The translations under genes and the position numbers were made by a program. Positions 36,801 through 48,395 of a stretch of DNA of 64,000 nt are shown piece after piece. Each line of letters begins with the position of its first letter. Within the stretch, counting starts at the first letter, position 1. The notes below the pieces were generated by a model. That model worked only from the letters and a program-made list of their open reading frames with translations. It did no database searches and was not told where the DNA came from. Origin of the DNA: Octopus sinensis (Eukaryota); contig NC_042998.1 of the NCBI RefSeq assembly GCF_006345805.1, forward strand, positions 98,270,001 through 98,334,000. Direction: 5' to 3'.

Positions 36801-36942
36801 CTGAGATAGTGTTCAAATTATGTTATAGTGTTTTTAATGTATTTGGAGAAGGTAATTTGTTTAGATGATATAGTTTTTGTAAGGTAGTGAACATTTGTAA
36901 AAAATATATCTTTTCTCCAAGTCAAAATGCAGAAAATCTTAC

Positions 36943-37070
36943 TTATTGTGCCCCACTCTCTACCAGAAGAAAAAAGAAACCATCCCTTTTCTTCTCACTG
37001 AAGAATGAAACTTCTAGGGACGGCTGTACCAAAACTACACCCGAAGAAGGTTACGGAAGTGGGTGGTAAA
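36943..37070 (-). other. Candidate non-coding first exon of a divergent minus-strand gene
   Basis: Minus-strand donor TAA|GTAAGA at 36943/36942, ~110 bp from the ETS motif, inside the CpG-retaining region. Upper boundary is a guess. Confidence 0.2.
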
Positions 37071-38386
37071 ATGTTAAAAATAGAAATTTTGAATAAAAAT
37101 AAGGCAAAAAACTCAGAATCGCAATTTCCATTGAATGAAAGAATAAGGAGGGAAAAGGGAAAAAAATTAACATTTTCCTTTCTTATGAAGGATGGGATGC
37201 CTAATCTGAAATTCTGCTGACGTTAAGTAACTGAATCGGCAAAATTTCTACCTCCAGAATCCTATTCACTATTCTTCTAGTATTCCAAATACTTTTTCCT
37301 TTGACTCAGTCAGTACGCCGCTTGTAGCTTTTCTAAACACTGTTATACTCCATTTTCTCTGAAATAAAAGATCATAAGCTAATTAGTTAGCTATAGAAAC
37401 AAAACACAACAAAAATTAAATAAACATTATCGGGATGAAATATTTGGACGAAATGCTTAGCGGTATTTCGCCCGTGGCTACCTTCTGAGTTCAAATTCCG
37501 CCGATGTAGACTTTGCCTTTAATCCTTTTGTGGCCAATTAAATAAGTACCAGTTACTCACTGGGACAATGTAATCGACTTCATCCCTTCCCTCAAATTTC
37601 AGGCCTTGTGCCTATAGTAGAAAGGATTATTATAATTATTGTAAAGAATGAAGAAATAAGACAGAATTTTGTCCTGTTTCTTTTTCAGAAGATTTCGTAA
37701 TATTAAAAAAGTAATTCCTTGTTTAACTCTAGATTAGACTTGATTAGGCAGGCCTATCAAGACCAAAAGAAACAAAAAAAACCCCGTTCCAGTCATGATA
37801 CTGATGTCTTTTTATATATCGGGAACTGTAGTCAAAGGTATACTTTTGAAACGGTTAGATGTGGTTTGCAAGAAATTTGACTACTATTTCTAGTCGGTTG
37901 AGCGACTGTATAATAAAGGGTCCTTCTTAGTTGGAAAATTTAAAACGTATGCAGATGTTTGCAAATTTTTATTGTTGCAAGAAATTAAAAAAAACGTAAA
38001 AAAAAATCAACGTTCAGTACAATTTCCACACCTTCGACTGCTTTCCGCGTGGATGTGTCACGAAGATAATTAAGAATGTGTTAAAAAAACCCACAATTCA
38101 CTTGTAAGGAGTGGACTTCTAAGTTATGAAAATGTACATAAATTATTAATAATAATAACATTATTAACATTAATTACACTTATGGAAAAACGTTAGTACA
38201 AATACTAAAATCAGAGATATTTATTTCTACACAATGGAATACACACATTTATATATTATATATGTTATAAATTAAAACTAAAATAATTATAAAGTTTTCA
38301 TATCGCAATACACGCACCAGTCATCATTTGCTGCGGTCTCACTCTGTTTGTCTGCGAGCGTAAGTGGTATTTCATGTGATAATAAA
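36950..38386. promoter_or_regulatory. CpG-retaining promoter region upstream of the SCaMC exon, possibly bidirectional
   Basis: CpGs are visibly more frequent from ~36950 to ~39300 than in flanking non-repeat DNA. ETS-type CGGAAGTG at 37054-37061. Lies directly upstream of the coding exon. Confidence 0.4.
37446..37640 (+). repeat. SINE family B inside the promoter region
   Basis: Matches 7209-7452. Further diverged copies near 4935-5060, 47985-48135, 62790-62960 and 63540-63690. Confidence 0.8.
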
Positions 38387-38554
38387 ATGTCGTCTTCTCC
38401 GGATAACACTCATGAGCTTTCTCACGAAGAAAAAGAAAAGCTGGCATCACTTTTTAACCGTCTAGATGTAAATAAAGACGGTTCTATCGACATTCATGAT
38501 TTGAGTGCAGCATTAAGTCAGATGGAAGTTCCTCAAGTACCGGGACAGGCGCAG
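38387..38554 (+). CDS. SCaMC: First coding exon of a calcium-binding mitochondrial carrier (SCaMC / SLC25A23-24-25 family, ATP-Mg/Pi carrier), N-terminal EF-hand 1
   Basis: ATG 38387 in AAAATG context; MSSSPDNTHELSHEEKEKLASLFNRLDVNKDGSIDIHDLSAALSQMEVPQVPGQAQ. EF-hand loop DVNKDGSIDIHD and the LF.RLD...DG.IDIHDLSAAL pattern match SCaMC proteins as I recall them. Ends at a CAG|GTAGAA donor, 168 nt, phase 0. No later exon recognised in the window. Confidence 0.75.
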
Positions 38555-40525
38555 GTAGAAACCAATTAAAATAAATTTTTTCCCTCCTTTATTGTCTTAG
38601 GAAAATTTTCACGTTGTATGCCTCAATGAATATATTTTCATAAGTTTTGCGTGGAGATCTAAAGTGATCTTAGTTAATATATAAGACTATTCTGTTTACA
38701 GTATTTATTATCATATCACACAAATTTTATTTCTATCTTGCTTTTATATTACAAAAAAGATCGTCCGTGGTCTTTCATAAATTAAGCGATTTGTTTGTTA
38801 CACTCATTTCAACTTACGATAATTATCAAGAAAGCGCCTTCCTGTTTATTTGTATTAACTAGTTTTGGCTGTGTGAACTTCATTTAATCATGTGTAGGTA
38901 TATATTTGCCTAATTATAATAATTCTTTATCGTATATTAATTTTCTTTTTACCTACATTGAAGCACGTATCGATGGCAAGCTATCAGCTTTTAATTTTTC
39001 ACGGACACGTGGGGGTTAGTTTTATTAATTAATGTCTCAGTTACTTCATAATCCTTTTCTTAATGCATGTTAATAAGAAGAATGCGAGGCAAAGCTGAAT
39101 TCCACTGGACATACCGAGTGCATGTGTACGCAGCATATTAGGAATTTAGTATGAATTTTTGCTTGAAAGAATTGGGTTGCCGTTTCGCGGTCATACGTTT
39201 TTAATTAAGTTTACGACAGTTTGTCCCAATCGCTAGTGTCCTTAAATAATGAATGACCATAACAACGTCTTATTGCTCCGTAAATTTTAGGAGTGCTATG
39301 CAAAATTGTATTTGATCTTTTGATAAAGGCATGATGAGCACTATGCTCATTCCTTCGTGCATTTTGTTAGAAATTAATGTTGACTCAGTTTTATTCAGTT
39401 TCTATATATGTCACTATAATCTTGACGTCCTCCCTATATTTTATATAACATTTTCTACTGAAATATTTAATAATTTACTGACAGTGTAATAATTATAAAT
39501 AAGTGCATGTTTCCATAATGTTTGAGAGAAATATTTGTTCCTTAGTATTTGTGAACAAAAGGAAACTTCTTTTACAAATATGTGATCTTAAATACAGAAA
39601 GGGATCAATTGAAGGTTGCTGTGACCTTCAGTAAAACAGTTAAATCTGTTGTTTTCTCTAAATTTTAGAAACACTCAATGCTTTTAAATCGTTACTTGAG
39701 AATAGTCTGTATAATTTAGTGTGTGTAATACATGAACTTTTTATCTGCTAGTTCAACCTCACTGTTATATTTGCAAACTAGCACTCAAACGAATGTCCAT
39801 ATGAAAAAGGACGAGATTGCTCCTTATATTTTGTAGCAGCAAAATGTTCCTTCTCAATCTGGTTTTATTGGAAAGTCACGAATGAGAATTTCAGATGTTG
39901 AGAGCAATTGCTGTCGATCTTTGAATATAGCGTGCCTCTTTCACTTTCTCAAATCTGAGTTGGTATTAATTTGTTTGTACTACACAGCTTAAACACAAGG
40001 ACCTTAAAATATTCTCTAGAACAGGAAAAAGTCCAGTCAAGTACAGTGTCAAGGAAAACAGTTCTCCAGTGACCAACAAACAAAGTAATACCAGCTAATG
40101 TAAGATAATGGAAGTAGTAATCTTTGAGTATAGCGTCCCACTTTCACTTTCTCAAACTTCCTTTAGGAAGTTTATTTGGTTTGCTGAAGTATTTTTTCCT
40201 TTGTGTTGTGGCTGGTTTGTTTATTGATTTTTTAAAATATATATTTCTGAGATCAGAGGGAGTGACTGTATCGTTTTTTCTTGTTAATGTTTGTGTTGAT
40301 ATTTAAGATGGGAGGGCATGATTGTGTGTTTATATGTATGTACGTATGTGAACTCGCATATAGACACGACAATCAGTCAATCTTTAAATATATTCTAAAT
40401 TTCTAAAATTCCTCCCATTTAAAGTATGAATGCATTATTGTTTTACAATTCACTTTGCGTTATAGAACGTTTTATAACTATATAATCTTCCCTTTTTTAT
40501 TGCCATCGCTTTCTGCATGTTGTTT

Positions 40526-40877
40526 CGGTCAATATAAAGGTTCTCAACCATTAACGAAAACAAAAACAAAAAAAACCCTAGCTTGCTGGGTGTTAACAAC
40601 AATGTAGAAAACTTGAAAGTTACAAAAAATGAGTGCAGAAATAATAGCGAACTCTTTTGAAAAAAAGAAAAGTAAAAATAGCAAAGAAATACTGTGACAA
40701 AGTGTAATGAAAGAGAATCATTTGACCAGCGTAAAACGTCGTGTGTTTGTGGACCTGAAAATGGGCAGATTGATTATATATTTCTTTCATTATGTTATCG
40801 CAGTTTTGTGAGATTTGGCTGCTATTTCTAGCATGTGGATAGCCTGCTTGAAGGCCAAGGCCGTAGAATTGGGAGGT

Positions 40878-40910
<33 letters not shown>

Positions 40911-41176
40911 AAGAATTGAAATTTCACAAACAATTTTTTTTCAGAATCGAATTCTCCATAACCGGAAATGTGGGATTCCGTAAAAAAAAAAAAAAAATCA
41001 TATATCCATTTTCTTGAAAGTTGTGAGGGAAAAATCGGATCTTGTGAATTTTCCGAAAGCTCCCCCCCCCTCAAGTGGTTTGCGCAAATTTTTTTTCATA
41101 TTCGTTTTCTACACAGTTGTTAACACCCAGCAGGTTTTTTTTTTTCGTTAACGGGTGAGGATCTTTATATTGACCG
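40526..41176. mobile_element. ~650-bp MITE-like element with ~80-90-bp imperfect TIRs in intron 1
   Basis: CGGTCAATATAAAG..CTCA.C..TTAACGAAAA…GCTGGGTGTTAACAAC…GTAGAAAAC at the left end, mirrored at 41104-41176; internal poly-T and poly-A tracts; no clear TSD. Confidence 0.7.
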
Positions 41177-42690
41177 TCGTTTCAACATATCTTTTGCTAC
41201 TAAGACCATGTCCTGATATTCTTCAGTTTCTAATTTTGGTAGTGGAATCTCCACTAACTTGAAAGAATATTAATTTGCAGTCGTGCACGTTTTGACGACA
41301 TATCTATATTGATGCCACTGAAGGAAACTTCGACAGTTCTCTGTTGACATTGAAATTGTACTTATAGACATTAGCAACTGCTGAAAATGTGCATAAATTA
41401 TTTTCATTTTAGATCTCTTAAATTTTCTGTAGGCTCTGATAGATAGCTGACATTCAAAGTTACCCCATTAAATATTATTCGGCTTATTGCCTTCCGCACT
41501 TAAGAATAGTATTTTTCCGTCATTATTTGACATTCACGTCCTGAGTATGACTTCAGACTGTCTTCGGTAGCAGAGCCCTATTTCAAGAGTTCTATGATTT
41601 TTGAGAAATTGTTCTCAGGTCTGTTCTGACCTGGAGTAGTAGCACCTGTCAGGGTTAATTAGCATGTCATGGAATTGCCTCCAGAAGATCACTCACTAGT
41701 CACACACAGATAGGTCACTCACTGATAGGCCCAGGGCAGATGAGACCCTTCAACTATTTTGCTGCTCGTCTAAGAGAAGGTAACTCTATACAAATTATGT
41801 ACCCTGATTACTACTGAGCTTGTGACACTTGTTGCATCAGACTGATACAAGTTTTGAGGATGGGAAAGTGGGATTGGCTCTGCACAAATAATGCCCACTA
41901 TAATAATAAACTCCTGTTGCCATGTGGGATTATTTATTGAGCATTTAAAAAAAGATGTTAAGAGAACTAACCGTTACAGAAAATCTAAAGGGACAGATAT
42001 GTACAGTTTCTGGCCTCCATTATAGCAACGTGGATGCTGCAAATGTATTGACTTGTCATTCCTTCATGACACACCCTTGAGTGAAGAGGTGGTAACATAT
42101 ATGGAGCTAAATATTTCTTTCAGGAAACCACTCTGGCACAGCAAAGGTGGTTAAGTCACAGTTTCTGCTATACTAATGATAACGACAAAAACAGGCCAAA
42201 CTATTTGACATTCAAAACCTATTCTAGTTCATTTAATATCTTCAAGTAGTTAATTAAGTGCACTATTTCGGTTCTATAGTTTGACAGTTCAAACAGCTGT
42301 AGCAAATTATCCATCAGCAAGCCCAAATTATTTATCAGAGCTTATTCTTCCAAAATGCCCTCAAATAGCTCTACATGGTTACTATATCGCCATTACAATT
42401 TGATTAGTTGAAAACATAACAATTTTCAACTATCGACAGTAAAGGGCATCAACACATGCATTTAATTCATCTTGATTTTTTAGGGACTTATGATAAAAAG
42501 AATACAATTTGTCACAAAATAATTGTAAATTATTCAGACTTGCAGTATTATTTGCAGCATCACCAACTCTAAGTTCAAGTCTTTATCTGTTGCAGAACCA
42601 AATAGTTTTGTGACTCCTGATTTTATCTTAACATTTTTGATGCTCATTATTTACATTCAACAGATATTTGACCTCATCTTATTTGTTGTT

Positions 42691-42733
42691 AACACGTTTC
42701 GGCTGATATACTCTTCAGCGTTTTTCAGGTGTC
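42691..42733 (-). ncRNA. Degenerate minimal type I hammerhead ribozyme motif (left arm)
   Basis: Minus strand GACAC-CTGAAAA-A-CGCTG-AAGAGTATAT-CAGCC-GAAAC-GTGTT; G8 mutated and 3 nt lost at the cleavage site. Confidence 0.5.
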
Positions 42734-43014
42734 TTGGGGAAATTTCGAACCTGGGTTCTCATTCCTTCGGTATTTTTCAATATTATTATTATTATTATTA
42801 TTGTTCAGGTCACTGCTTGAAATCAAACTCGGAATCTTGGGGTTATAGCCCGCATTCTTAACCACTACACCATGGGCATATGGCATAGTGGTTAAGAGTG
42901 CGGGCTAGTAGCCCCAAGATTCTGAATTCGATTCCAAGCAGTGACCTGGACAATAATAATAACAACACTGAAAAATACATTAGGAATGAGAACCCAGGTT
43001 CAAAATTTCCCCAA

Positions 43015-43052
43015 GATACCTGAAGAAGGCTAGAGGGTATAGTTGTTGTGTT
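43015..43052 (+). ncRNA. Degenerate minimal type I hammerhead ribozyme motif (right arm; GAAA box deleted)
   Basis: GATAC-CTGAAGA-A-GGCT…GTTGTGTT; the CAGCCGAAAC segment is missing. Confidence 0.45.
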
Positions 43053-44483
43053 AACAACAAACAACATGAGGACAAATATCTGTTGAATGTAAATAATGTA
43101 CCTCATCTCTTAAATATAGAACTGTATTTTTGATGCTCCATTAGTTATAAGTGATATCTCCACAATCACTTTTTCTTTTTAGTTACTAGATTGAAAAACT
43201 TATCTGGTGCACTACTTAGAAGCCCATCATATTTAGATTTTGCATTAAAACGGTTTTAAATGTTCTTGGTCAAATAGAACAATACAGGGTAGGAAGATTT
43301 ACCAGTTGCTGCTTTCAAGCAGAGTATTAGAACAAACACTTTTGCCATTGCTAGTTATAAATAGATATTCTAAATTGTTTGGTAAATTTTTTTCACCAGT
43401 TTTTTTCATTTTGGCTACTTTTTGTCTGACATTCATGTATGTAAAACAGCCTAAGGCAATTTCTTTTATGCAATTAGATATCATATGATACATTAATGTA
43501 TGATCTGCCTTTATTTACAATATAAGACTATTAGCTTTAAAAACTCGATTTTGCTTGGTCATTTTTCACTAACTACATTTTTGATTACTTTTTCATCAGC
43601 TGTTTCACTGATTTTTTTTTTGTCATTTGTAATGGACTTTACTGTTTTTGTGTCTAACTGTTTTGTCTTTTCACCACTCACTCCTACACCAACTACATTA
43701 ATTTTGCATGATTCTCAAGATTTCCTTGTATTCATTCAAGTCCTAGCTGACCACAGATACATTATGCTCCAACTTAGTTTTCTAGTTTTTAACTTTTTTC
43801 TTACAATATTCTTTCTTTTTCTTTATATTTCTTTATTATGCTCTTGCATAACCCTTAAAATTAATTACATGTCTCAAGGAACCCCTTATATTCTTTCATC
43901 ATAGTTCATGTGGTAAAATATCATGTATATATATTTTTGATAACATAATAGGTTAGCTAGGATGATGTCTATATTACAATAACCAATAATATGTTGTGCG
44001 TGTACAGTAATATTATGATCATGAATTTAGCATTAGCTTATCTCACTCTTTCTTGCGGAATCCTATGGTTCCAGGGAACCCCGGATGAGAAGCACTGGTC
44101 TAGAAGATCGTAGGTTTCAATATCTTTTTAAATATCTCATGCACCATCAGCATGAGTGTGATCATCACTTTCAAGTAACTTAGCCTTCTGTATTGGCTGA
44201 ATGTTTTTAGCTTGGTTAATTCTTCTTTAAAATATTGTATGCTTATTTTGATAGGGTCACACTAATCTGAAATGGATATTTAATACTAGTGATATTTATA
44301 TATTAAAATCTGTGGAATATTATTATTTCTACTTGCATTGTTAAAATATTCATTTCTCTTATTTTTGGCTGTAAAAAATTGTATTTCACTTGCTCTTGTC
44401 CATTCTAATATAAACCAGGCATTTAAATAACAAATGCAATTTATTAATAAGGGCGAAAATAGAAAAGCCTTAAATTATACATA

Positions 44484-45545
44484 TACAAGGATCAGTTGAA
44501 AAGTTCATAGACTGACCGAGATAGTCTCATGGAATGTGACCAAATGAGGTTTATTTTTCAACATAGCCCTGCTTGCAGTCCACACGCTTCTTCCATTGGT
44601 GTTACAGTGCTTGGATCCTATTGATGAAGAAGCTTTCATCTTGTTGATCAAAAAAAGTCATCAACTGCTGATATGATGTCATCACTGCAATAATGGTTTT
44701 CAGTCAAGTATTTTACCATGTTGGGGAAGTGATGATAGTTAGATAGCGCCAAATCAGGAGAATAGGGGGTGGTATGTGCAATCAACCAGTTCAAAGCCAC
44801 AGTCATGCATAGTAGCCATTGAAATGAAGGACTTGTGTGTTGGAGCAAGGCTCCTTCTGTCAGTTTTCCTGAGTGTTTGGTCTTGATAGCTTTTTGTATC
44901 TACCTCAACAAATTGGTGTTGTACTCTCCATTGATGATGTGACCCATTGAAAAAGTCAATAAACACAATGCTTTTTGCATCCCAAAAAACTGAGTCCATC
45001 ACCTTCCCTGCAGATGAAAGGACCTTGACCTTCATTGGAGCAAGTGAGGAGGGGTCTTTCCACTGCATAGATTGTCTCTGGCTCAGTGATGAAACCAACA
45101 CTCATCCTGGATTAGGAAACATTCAAGGAAACCAGCTGGATCTGCCTGAAGCAATGCCAGATTTTCCTGTGATGTGATCAGCCCGGTGCACTTTTGATCA
45201 AATGTCAGAAGACGTGGCGCTCACTGAGCAGAAGCCTTTGTAATGCTAAGTTCATTGTGCAGAGTATTTTCAACTCATATGAGATATCTAATAACATTGG
45301 CTAATTGATTTATAGTCAATTACTTGTCAACTGTCATCATGTACTGAACATGGTGGTGACAGTTGTAGGATGAACAGACATTTGGTCATGTTCAAAACTC
45401 TCCTTTCCTCTTCTAAATCTAGTTACCCACTTTTGCACTTTGATAAAGCTGGTGTGTCTTCCCCTTATGTAGCAACCATGTCAGCATGAATGTCCTTGGG
45501 GGCTAAACCCTTTGTCTGTAGGTACTTGTTAACAGCACAATGCCA
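44484..45545 (-). mobile_element. Mariner (DD34D) transposon remnant, one TIR
   Basis: DETWV-like and QWK..SS..P.K.KV..SAGKVM.SVFWD.K remnants, PYSPDLA.SNYH.F; TA followed by CAAGGATCAGTTGAAAAGTTC TIR at 44484. Confidence 0.85.
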
Positions 45546-47419
45546 TATTTTGCCAACTTTGAAGAGGAGTTGCTACCAGTTACTTTTGAAGTCTTCTTTG
45601 AAGAGTTGTCAGTTTACTTGGAAAGAAACAAAGCAGTTATTAATAAGAAGTGTTGAAATTAATGCCTGTAAGATTTCACAACTCAAGCATCACTTTTTCA
45701 TAGTCAGCTTAGGAACTTTTCAGCTCCCCCTTTTATTACTCAACCTAATTTGTCCCTACCATGATAATTTCTAATTAAAATAGATTGTAAAATGAAAAAC
45801 AAACCTACTTACTAGTAAGTTAAGTATCCGGTAGATGAAACCATCTCACACCAAAAGTTAACCACGCAATACATTGCTATACAGGAAGACACATTGAGAA
45901 GTCTTGGTTCTAATACTATGGAGATGTGATTAGAATGTTGCAAGAATTTTTCAAGCTAAGCCAACCAGCAGGAAATCTAGGAATAGTCCAGGAATGAGAT
46001 GGTTAGATAATATCCATAGTCCCAATTGGTCAGGCTTGGAAAGTCTAATGATAGTTGCTTCTGATAGGACCCTATGGAGGATTCTATCCCCACAATCCTC
46101 CTAGGAATAATGGAAAGAAGATGGATGGGTATTATGTAAAATTATTTCATAACCAAAGCTTTGCTGAATAAAATGGCTAACTGGGCATTTTGAAGCATGC
46201 AGCATATGTAACATAACTGTTTAACTTTAGCTCATTTTGTAAGTTAATTCATTTTCCATTTCCACAAAATAAAGTAGTGCAGCTTTTGGTGTGCTTTTGA
46301 GATGTCAGATGACATTTTTATCTCTTAATTTAGCCTTAAAAACGCACATTCACCCACTTAATAATAATAAATAATAATTACTTTTTAAATATTTTATAGT
46401 TCTTCTGTGTTGCCCTCAATTACATGATATTAACATTAGTAGTATAATTAGGTGGGTGGTCTGGGCTCTGCAACATTGGAAGACAGCCTAACTTGGAGAA
46501 GAATAAATGAGAACATAAACCCTCACTGCCTGTGAGTGCTCTTAAAGAGGTGTAGGTTAAGGGTGTTAACCCCGAACAGTAAATCAGAGAGATCTTGTTC
46601 ATTCTGAAGAGAGCATGATGATACAGTTTTAGGGAGTGTCTGAACCTGTCATCCGTCAGCCATGACATTTTATATTTGAATATCTAACATATAAAGGCAG
46701 TGCCCCAGCATAGCCACAGTCTAATGAGAGAAACAAGTAAAAGATCAAATTATACCAAATATTTGCAAAACACATGGTTTTACTTTGATCCTGAATAGAA
46801 ACTTCCCTTCCAGTCAGTGTGCAGCAGTTGGAACCCATGGGTTCCAACATGCATAACCTAACCTCACATCACTTCACTTCATCTTGCACAAAGCCATACT
46901 CATTTCCTAATGTGCAACAGTCTAACCAGAATACTGAGCCACTCTTATATATTGTGTGCAATGGAAACTGAATAATTATGCATACATAATTATAATAAAT
47001 TAACAAAGAAATTTTTATTGATAGAAACTTCAAAAGAAATAACTTATAATAAATGTCCTCTTTTGTTGACATTGAACATAGAAAAACTGTTGTGACTGTC
47101 AAATAGTTTTATATTGTATCCTCATCTACTCTCTACCATTACCTATTTATCATCACTGGTTGTAATTTCTCAGAAATACGAAAATGTATGATTTTGCCAG
47201 TGTAGTAAAATTTAAGTGATTATAAGATATGCCAAGGAAAAAAAAGTCTTTTGAAGCAAACTTAGAAATAGGTTCTTATTTCAATACAGTGTAATGTTTT
47301 TGTAGAACATGACATTTACTTATATTTCTTTATTGCTCACTGAACTTTGATATATTGTACTTTGTCAGAAGTTTAAGGTGGTGAATGGGCAGTCCTTTGA
47401 GGTTTGGATAAGTTGTCAT

Positions 47420-47640
47420 TTAACATCATCATTTAACATCCATTTTCCATGGTTTGACCAAAGTTGGCAAGCTGGAGAGCTAGACCATGTTTCAGTGTGA
47501 CTTGAGTTGGTTTCTGTGGCTGGATGCCCTTCCTAATACCAACCACTTTACAGAGTGTGCTGCTTGCTTTTTGTGACCCAGTATAGGTGCATTTTATGTG
47601 GATCAGCATGGGTTCTTTTTACATGGTACCAGCATGTAAT
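47420..47640 (-). repeat. RTE 3'-tail element
   Basis: Reverse-complement terminal module (GGATGCCCTTCCTAA…CCAACCAC). Confidence 0.75.
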
Positions 47641-48395
47641 ACCTTGCAGTATTTGTTTTGACTCTGTCTGCTCTGAGTTCAACTCCTACCAAAGTTAACT
47701 TTACTTTCCATCATTTAGGAAAGTACCAGTGCAGAGAGATGGATTGACAGAATTGATTGAGTGATAATAACATGCCTCACAGCAGCTGCTTTGGTTTCTT
47801 CTATTTGGAGTTTATATATTGTCTCCTAACACTCACCTCTTCATGGTTAGAAAAGACATCTTTCAGGACACAGCTAGTAGTTGAGGCTGCCAATGTCAAG
47901 TGAACTAACAGGCTGATTGGAGCTACTCCCTGGTCACATCTATAAACTGTTGGAAGCCTGACTTCAGTTTATAAAAAACAAAATCCATAATTCCATTCAC
48001 ATCTAGCATTAACTTGAGTACTTGATTGTACTTTATCTATTCAGGAGGAAGAAAGTTAAACTTGACCTCAGCAGGATTTGAACTTGGAATGTAAAGGGCT
48101 GTTACTAAATACTGTAAAGCATTTTATCCAACTGTCTAACTTTTGTCACCATTATCACATTTCTGTAGTAGTCTCATTAAATGTATGGTATTTATAGTTC
48201 TACATTTTTGTTATGCTCTATCCAGCCCAAAGCTATCAGGTTTATCTGACACATTAACTACGAACACATACTAAATCCTATCCATTACAATATTTTCAAC
48301 ATCTCAATAGCTATTTCTAAATTTTCTCTAGCTTTCAGATCATGTTCTTACTTGCTTTATTTACTATCACAGGTGATTTCTTACTGGGAGTGGTT

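Larger units (their letters stand above)
42646..43125. mobile_element. Foldback element: two divergent tRNA-head SINE-like units with hammerhead-like tails, 13-bp TSD
   Basis: 42645-43098 is a near-perfect inverted repeat centred at 42873/42874; A box TGGCATAGTGG at 42881 and B-box-like GAATTCGATTCC at 42924, mirrored on the minus strand; ATTTTTGATGCTC at 42633-42645 and 43126-43138. Confidence 0.85.

Noticed and set aside
37245-37358. Minus-strand exon with good acceptor and GAG|GTAGAA donor
   Set aside because: No open frame, and it conflicts with the alternative first-exon model; unresolved without RNA data.
42874-42940. tRNA gene (also SINE heads at 8760, 9970, 7209)
   Set aside because: A and B boxes only; no complete cloverleaf or acceptor stem; each continues into a SINE body.
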